Part shown: positions 48,767-54,158 of the stretch, in pieces
Layout: each line of letters starts with the position of its first letter
How positions within the stretch are numbered: position 1 is the first letter of the stretch
From: Ignavibacteriales bacterium
Lineage (GTDB): Bacteria; Bacteroidota; Ignavibacteria; UBA10030; UBA6906
NCBI GenBank assembly: GCA_037441705.1
Contig: JBBIRR010000030.1
Coordinates: 1-54,158, forward strand
Reading direction: 5' to 3'
Length of the DNA: 54,158 nt
Translations under genes and position numbers: made by a program
Notes under the pieces: generated by a model
Told to the model about the DNA's origin: nothing
Databases searched by the model: none
The model's input: only the letters and a program-made list of their open reading frames with translations

Positions 48767-51763
48767 ATGCAGAAGCCGTCTGTTGTTAACATAGATGAGG
48801 TAAGAGCAAAACTCGCCGCCAAGAACGGCAGGGAGTACTGGAGGAGTCTCGACGAGATTGCCGAGACCGAGGAGTTCAAAGAGTTCCTCGAGCGAGAGTT
48901 CCCGCGTGAGGCTTCAACGTGGGGAGAGGGCTTCAGCCGTCGAGAGTTCCTGAAGGTCATGGGCGCTTCACTGTCCTTGGCCGGGTTGACGGCGTGCGTG
49001 AAGCAGCCTGAAGAAAAAATCGTACCCTACGTGAAACCTCCGGAATTGGTGGTGCCGGGCAAGCCGCTGAAGTACGCGACGGCTTTCGTGTTGGGAGGCT
49101 ATGCACAAGGCGTGCTTGCAACGAGCCACATGGGTCGTCCGACCCACATTCAAGGAAACCCCGATCATCCTGCAAGTCTTGGCGCAGTAGACATCTTTGC
49201 CGCGGCTTCCATTCTCAACCTCTATGATCCCGACCGCTCGCAAGTCGTTCTCTCGAAAGGCGTGGTGAGCAGTTGGGAGAAGTTCCTTCAGTCTGTGCGG
49301 CCGCAGGTAGAGGCGCAGCGCGCACTCAAAGGTGCAGGGATTCGGATTCTTACCGAAAACATTACGTCCCCGACACTCATCTCACAGATTCAAACCATTC
49401 TTGCAGCATTTCCCGAAGCAAAGTGGCATCAGTACGAGCCGTGCGGCCTCGACGCTGTGCGCGAGGGTATGACGATGCTCTTCGGCGAAGAGGTGATGCC
49501 GCGCTATCGGTTTGATTTGGCCGACGTGGTCCTTTCGCTGGACGCCGATTTTCTGGGCAGCGGGCCGGGGAGCGTTCGCTACGCGCATGACTTTGCGGAC
49601 AGGCGTCGGGTGAGCGGAACGAACGTTCACATGAATCGCCTCTACGCAGCCGAGAGTACGCCCACGATTACCGGCGGTATGGCAGATCATCGCTTCCGGA
49701 TGAAGGCGAGCGAGATAGAGAGCTTTGCCCGTGCCGTTGCGGCACAACTTGGCGTGCCGGGGGTTTCGGCCGCCGCGTCGCCGGTAGATGAGAAGACGCT
49801 TGCTGCCGTCGTCAGGGATTTGCAGACGCATCGCAGCGCAAGCGTTGTGGTTGCCGGCACCCACCAACCGCCGCTCGTGCATGCTCTCGCCCATGCAATG
49901 AACGTCGTGTTGGGAAATGTCAACCGCACCGTGGAATACACGGAGCCTGTTGAAGGGAAGGGGACGCATCATCTCCGATCGCTGCAAGCTCTTGCCGAAG
50001 ACATCGGACGTGGGTCGGTGGATATGCTGCTGATTCTTGGCGGCAACCCGGTGTACACTGCGCCCGCGGACATGCGCTTCGCCGAGTTGCTGTCGCGGGT
50101 GAAGTTCAGTGTGCATCTCGGTTCGTACGATGACGAGACGAGCGAACGCTGCACATGGCACATTCCCGAGTCGCATTATCTCGAAACGTGGAGCGATGCG
50201 CGCGCGTTCGACGGCACCGCCACGATCATGCAGCCGCTCATCCTTCCGCTCTATGCTACGAAGTCCGCGCATGAAATGCTGGATGAAGTTTTCGGCGAGG
50301 CACGAACCGGCGAAGCCATCGTCAAGGGGTATTGGAAGACGAACGCACCGGAAGGGAGTTTCGATAGCTGGTGGAGAAGTTGCTTGCACGACGGCGTTGT
50401 GCCCGACACCCAGCTCCAACCAAAGTCGGTGGTGATGAAGCCGGTGCAATGGAAGTTTTCCTCTGCGTCTTCGTCAGGGATAGAGATCACGTTCCGCCCC
50501 GATCCATCTATCCACGATGGCCGGTTTGCAAATAACGGCTGGCTGCAGGAACTGCCGAAGCAGGTCACCCGACTGACATGGGACAACGTCGCGCTGATGA
50601 GTCCCTCCACAATGCAGAAGTTCGACTTGCGCAACGGCGATATGGTGGAAGTGATGTATGATGGTGCAGTGGTGCAGCTTCCTGCGTGGACTCTCCCCGG
50701 TCATCCCGATGAGGCCGTGACAATTCACCTCGGGTACGGAAGAACACGGGCGGGACGCGTGGGCAGCGGCATCGGCGCGAACGCCTACGCTCTTCGCTCC
50801 TCGCATGCACTCTGGTTCGGTGCCGGCGCACAAATCACAAGAACAGGAGAGTGGTACCGCGTTGCTTCGACACAGGAACACTGGAGCATGGAAGGGCGCC
50901 CGATTGTTCGTGAAGCGACAGTAGAGGAGTATCGTGCCCAGCCCGACTTCGCCAAGCACATGGCCCACCGGCCAACGGAAAAGGAATCGTTCTATCCGCC
51001 CTTTGCATACGACGGCTATGCATGGGGAATGACGATCGACCTGAACGCCTGCACCGGCTGTAACGCGTGCATGATTGCCTGTCAGTCGGAGAACAACATT
51101 CCGGTTGTCGGCAAGAAGCAGGTAGAACGTGGTCGCGAAATGCATTGGATTCGCGTCGATCGGTATTATGTGGGGAATGATCTCGATAACCCCGAGATGG
51201 CGATGATGCCTGTCGCCTGTCATCACTGCGAGAATGCCCCGTGCGAACCTGTCTGCCCCGTTGCAGCAACCACGCACGATCACGAGGGCTTGAACGTGAT
51301 GACGTACAACCGCTGCGTCGGGACGCGCTACTGCTCCAACAACTGTCCGTACAAGGTTCGCCGCTACAACTACTTGCAGTATTCGGACACGGAAACAAAA
51401 TCCCTTCAGCTTCTGCACAACCCCGATGTCACCGTCCGCAATCGCGGCGTGATGGAGAAATGCACGTACTGCGTGCAGCGCATCAGCGCCGCGCGTATTG
51501 AAGCGAAGAAGGAAAACCGTCCCATTCAGGATGGAGAGATCGTGACCGCCTGCCAGGCGGCCTGCCCGGCGCAAGCAATAACCTTCGGTGATATCAATGA
51601 CAAGAACTCGAAAGTCTCGAAGATGAAGGCGGAGCCGAGGGACTATGAACTTCTTGCAGAGTTGAACACGAAGCCGCGCACATCGTATCTCGCAAAGCTC
51701 CGCAATCCGAATCCGGAGATTGCGCCTGCGCATCATGCACAAACAACCGACCATCACGGATAG
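48767..51763 (+). CDS. actB: Alternative complex III subunit B (molybdopterin-oxidoreductase-like plus Fe-S domains)
   Basis: YWRSL, Tat motif SRREFLK with LTAC; Cys clusters CTGCNACMIAC, CHHCENAPCEPVCP, CVGTRYCSNNCP and CTYC. Confidence 0.95.
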   Translation: MQKPSVVNIDEVRAKLAAKNGREYWRSLDEIAETEEFKEFLEREFPREASTWGEGFSRREFLKVMGASLSLAGLTACVKQPEEKIVPYVKPPELVVPGKPLKYATAFVLGGYAQGVLATSHMGRPTHIQGNPDHPASLGAVDIFAAASILNLYDPDRSQVVLSKGVVSSWEKFLQSVRPQVEAQRALKGAGIRILTENITSPTLISQIQTILAAFPEAKWHQYEPCGLDAVREGMTMLFGEEVMPRYRFDLADVVLSLDADFLGSGPGSVRYAHDFADRRRVSGTNVHMNRLYAAESTPTITGGMADHRFRMKASEIESFARAVAAQLGVPGVSAAASPVDEKTLAAVVRDLQTHRSASVVVAGTHQPPLVHALAHAMNVVLGNVNRTVEYTEPVEGKGTHHLRSLQALAEDIGRGSVDMLLILGGNPVYTAPADMRFAELLSRVKFSVHLGSYDDETSERCTWHIPESHYLETWSDARAFDGTATIMQPLILPLYATKSAHEMLDEVFGEARTGEAIVKGYWKTNAPEGSFDSWWRSCLHDGVVPDTQLQPKSVVMKPVQWKFSSASSSGIEITFRPDPSIHDGRFANNGWLQELPKQVTRLTWDNVALMSPSTMQKFDLRNGDMVEVMYDGAVVQLPAWTLPGHPDEAVTIHLGYGRTRAGRVGSGIGANAYALRSSHALWFGAGAQITRTGEWYRVASTQEHWSMEGRPIVREATVEEYRAQPDFAKHMAHRPTEKESFYPPFAYDGYAWGMTIDLNACTGCNACMIACQSENNIPVVGKKQVERGREMHWIRVDRYYVGNDLDNPEMAMMPVACHHCENAPCEPVCPVAATTHDHEGLNVMTYNRCVGTRYCSNNCPYKVRRYNYLQYSDTETKSLQLLHNPDVTVRNRGVMEKCTYCVQRISAARIEAKKENRPIQDGEIVTACQAACPAQAITFGDINDKNSKVSKMKAEPRDYELLAELNTKPRTSYLAKLRNPNPEIAPAHHAQTTDHHG

Positions 51764-51768
51764 CAACT

Positions 51769-53163
51769 TTGGCCGAGCATCAACATATCGCAACGCTGCC
51801 GCGTCCGGAGCCGCTTGTGGCTCCGCACGAAACCTACGGCTCCATCACCGATAAGATCGCCGGCGACGTCCTGTACACGAAGACGCCCAAGGCGATGATG
51901 GTGACGCTTGCGATCACGTCGGGACTTCTTCTGGTGTTTGTCCTTGCGGTCGGCGCCGTGCTGCTGTTCGGCCCCGGTGTGTGGGGCAACAACAATCCCG
52001 TCGGCTGGGCTTTCGAGATCACCAACTTCGTCTGGTGGGTCGGTATCGGTCACGCGGGCACGCTCATTTCTGCAATTCTCCTGCTGCTGCATCAACACTG
52101 GCGCAACGCCATCAACCGCTTTGCTGAGGCGATGACGTTGTTTGCTGTGGCATGCGCGGGACTTTTCCCGGCACTGCACACGGGCCGTCAGTGGCTCGAC
52201 TATTGGCTGCTTCCGTATCCGAACACGATGGGCATGTGGGTCAACTTCCGCAGTCCGCTGATCTGGGACGTGTTCGCCGTAACGACGTATCTCACCGTCT
52301 CGTTCATGTTTTGGTTCGTCGGACTCATTCCCGATCTGGCGGCAATGCGTGACCGCGCGAAGAAACACTGGCAAAAAGTGATCTATGGAATCCTTGCGAT
52401 GGGCTGGCGCGGTTCGGCGCATCACTGGCATCGGTATGAGATGTCGTACCTGCTGCTGGCCGGACTGGCGACGCCGCTTGTCGTTTCGGTTCACTCGGTT
52501 GTGAGTTTCGACTTTGCGGTGAGTTTGATTCCCGGCTGGCATGCAACGATCTTTCCGCCCTACTTTGTTGCGGGCGCCATCTACTCCGGGTTCGCCATGG
52601 TCCTCACGTTGATGATTCCGGCACGACGATGGTACAAGCTCGAATCATTCATCACCGACCGCCACCTCGACTACATGGCAAAGGTGATGTTAGCGACGGG
52701 CCTCATCGTGTTTTATGGCTACCTGATGGAGTTGTTCTTCGCCTACTACAGCGGCAGCCTGTACGAGCGCTTCATGATGTACAATCGGATTTTCGGCCCG
52801 TACTGGTGGTCATACTGGGTGTTGATCTTCTGTAACGGCTTGACACCACAATTGTTGTGGTTCAAGAAAGTGAGGACGAATGTGCCACTGCTGTTTGTCA
52901 TCTCACTCATCGTCAATGTCGGCATGTGGCTCGAGCGCTTCGTGATTGTGGTAACGAGTTTGCATCGGGATTTTCTGCCGTCATCGTGGGACATGTTTCG
53001 GCCGACGATCTGGGATTGGAGTTTGTATCTCGGCACGATCGGTTTCTTCGTATGGCTGATTTACGTCTTCGTTCGTATGATGCCGATGATTTCGATCTTT
53101 GAAATCAAACACCTGCTGCCGTGGCGCGGCAGGAGGATCGATACCAGCGCTGATGCCGCATGA
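51769..53163 (+). CDS. actC: Alternative complex III quinol-binding subunit (NrfD family)
   Basis: NFVWWVGIGHAGTLISA, NRFAEAMT, NFRSPLIWD and PGWHATIFPPYF motifs. Confidence 0.96.
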   Translation: MAEHQHIATLPRPEPLVAPHETYGSITDKIAGDVLYTKTPKAMMVTLAITSGLLLVFVLAVGAVLLFGPGVWGNNNPVGWAFEITNFVWWVGIGHAGTLISAILLLLHQHWRNAINRFAEAMTLFAVACAGLFPALHTGRQWLDYWLLPYPNTMGMWVNFRSPLIWDVFAVTTYLTVSFMFWFVGLIPDLAAMRDRAKKHWQKVIYGILAMGWRGSAHHWHRYEMSYLLLAGLATPLVVSVHSVVSFDFAVSLIPGWHATIFPPYFVAGAIYSGFAMVLTLMIPARRWYKLESFITDRHLDYMAKVMLATGLIVFYGYLMELFFAYYSGSLYERFMMYNRIFGPYWWSYWVLIFCNGLTPQLLWFKKVRTNVPLLFVISLIVNVGMWLERFVIVVTSLHRDFLPSSWDMFRPTIWDWSLYLGTIGFFVWLIYVFVRMMPMISIFEIKHLLPWRGRRIDTSADAA

Positions 53164-53236
53164 GACGATGGAAGTGCCCGAAAAACAGTGCTCGGGGTCT
53201 TAGCCCGAACAACAACAGGAACCTGATATTCATCAA

Positions 53237-53821
53237 ATGAACTTCTTCATCAAACGTCCCGACATCTATGGTCTGATGGCAGAGTTCGACGCGCCGGAGA
53301 AGTTGCTTGCGGCGGCGGAGCGCGCGAAGAAGGCAGGCTACCACGACATGGATGCCTTCACGCCTTTTCCGATGGAAGAACTGACGGATGCGCTCGGCAT
53401 ACGGCACACGAAGCTGCCGCTGTTTGTTCTTTGCTGCGGCCTCACGGGCATGCTTGTGGGATTCTTCTTTCAGTACTGGGTGCACGTCATCGAGTATCCG
53501 TTGAACATCGGCGGGCGCCCGCTCAATAGCTGGCCGCAGTGGATTCCGGTGACGTTTGAGCTGACGATTCTGTTTTCGGCGTTCGGCGCGGTGGTCGGAA
53601 TGATTTTCCGCAACGGATTGCCGCGGCCGGTGCATCCTGTTTTCAATGTTGATCGCTTCGAGTTGGCCACGAAGGACAAGTTCTTCCTCTGTATCGAGGC
53701 AATCGACCCCAAGTTCGATAAGGAAAAGACGCGGAAGTTTCTTGAGAGTCTCAAGCCCGACCATATTTTTGTGGTGGATCACGTCCACACCAAAGACCCA
53801 TATCATCAGGATGAAGACTGA
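53237..53821 (+). CDS. actD: Alternative complex III subunit D (DUF3341)
   Basis: GLMAEF, DAFTPFP, YPLNIGGRP and PVTFELTIL motifs. Confidence 0.93.
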   Translation: MNFFIKRPDIYGLMAEFDAPEKLLAAAERAKKAGYHDMDAFTPFPMEELTDALGIRHTKLPLFVLCCGLTGMLVGFFFQYWVHVIEYPLNIGGRPLNSWPQWIPVTFELTILFSAFGAVVGMIFRNGLPRPVHPVFNVDRFELATKDKFFLCIEAIDPKFDKEKTRKFLESLKPDHIFVVDHVHTKDPYHQDED

Positions 53822-53824
53822 GTG

Positions 53825-54158
53825 ATGAGACTGTTCGCGTTGATAGCCCTTGTCGTCTTCGGCCTGATGTTCGGGGGCTGTCATGATATGTGGGATACAG
53901 GCCGAGTCAAGCCGTTCGAGCCCGCGGCGTTCTTCGCCGATGGATCATCGGCTCGACCTGTTCCGGAAGGAACCGTTGCTCGTAGCGAGAGTGTGCGGCC
54001 GGATCTGCTGCACACCGGCAGAGTTGATGGCCGGTTGGCCGATCTGTTTCCGTATGCGATTACGGACAGCATCATGCGCCGTGGACGGGATCGGTACACA
54101 ACCTTCTGTACGCCGTGTCACGGCAGGCTGGGAGATGGTGGGGGAATGATTGTGCAGC
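53825..54158 (+). CDS. actE: Alternative complex III monoheme cytochrome c lipoprotein (partial, runs off the window)
   Basis: Read by hand: MRLFALIALVVFGLMFGGC...FFADGSSARPVPEGTVAR...FCTPCHGRLGDGGG. Confidence 0.9.
   Translation, partial: MRLFALIALVVFGLMFGGCHDMWDTGRVKPFEPAAFFADGSSARPVPEGTVARSESVRPDLLHTGRVDGRLADLFPYAITDSIMRRGRDRYTTFCTPCHGRLGDGGGMIVQ

Noticed and set aside
48767-51763. Novel molybdoenzyme
   Set aside because: Context and motifs match ActB of alternative complex III, a known system whose ActB binds no molybdopterin.

Overview
This is a 54 kb, moderately GC-rich stretch of bacterial chromosome. Two secreted proteins end in NYPNPFN...GxYFYRL type-IX sorting domains, an alternative complex III is present, and several promoters carry TAnnTTTG boxes; together these point to an Ignavibacteria-like FCB-group organism (inference). 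Housekeeping content: gltX, glnS, asnS, folB-folK-deoxynucleoside kinase, nadA and tRNA-Ser(CGA). The window is unusually dense in ion and osmotic homeostasis genes: an mscS/DUF5752/treT/TPS-TPP/ytxH trehalose operon, a NatAB-like ABC exporter, a Ca2+/Na+ exchanger and a K+/H+ antiporter operon. The main finding is a ~15 kb same-strand run that starts at nuoJ with its own promoter. In it, nuoJKLM (no nuoN, nuoA or nuoH, no peripheral arm) is translationally coupled to a single-subunit Na+/H+ antiporter and then runs into an 11-gene Mrp system with MBH-like gene order and three antiporter-like subunits. Other candidates: an in-frame TrpG/PabA-DAHP synthase fusion that keeps an internal promoter and RBS; a signal-peptide ORF ending in RPPP (possible ribosome-arrest leader) ahead of an unannotated 42-aa membrane protein and a GNAT-nitrilase/MFS/K+:H+ operon; a stand-alone IS481-type HTH gene; and REP-like and heptamer repeat clusters. 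No CRISPR array, prophage or intact transposase was seen. All calls are by eye; no database search was run.
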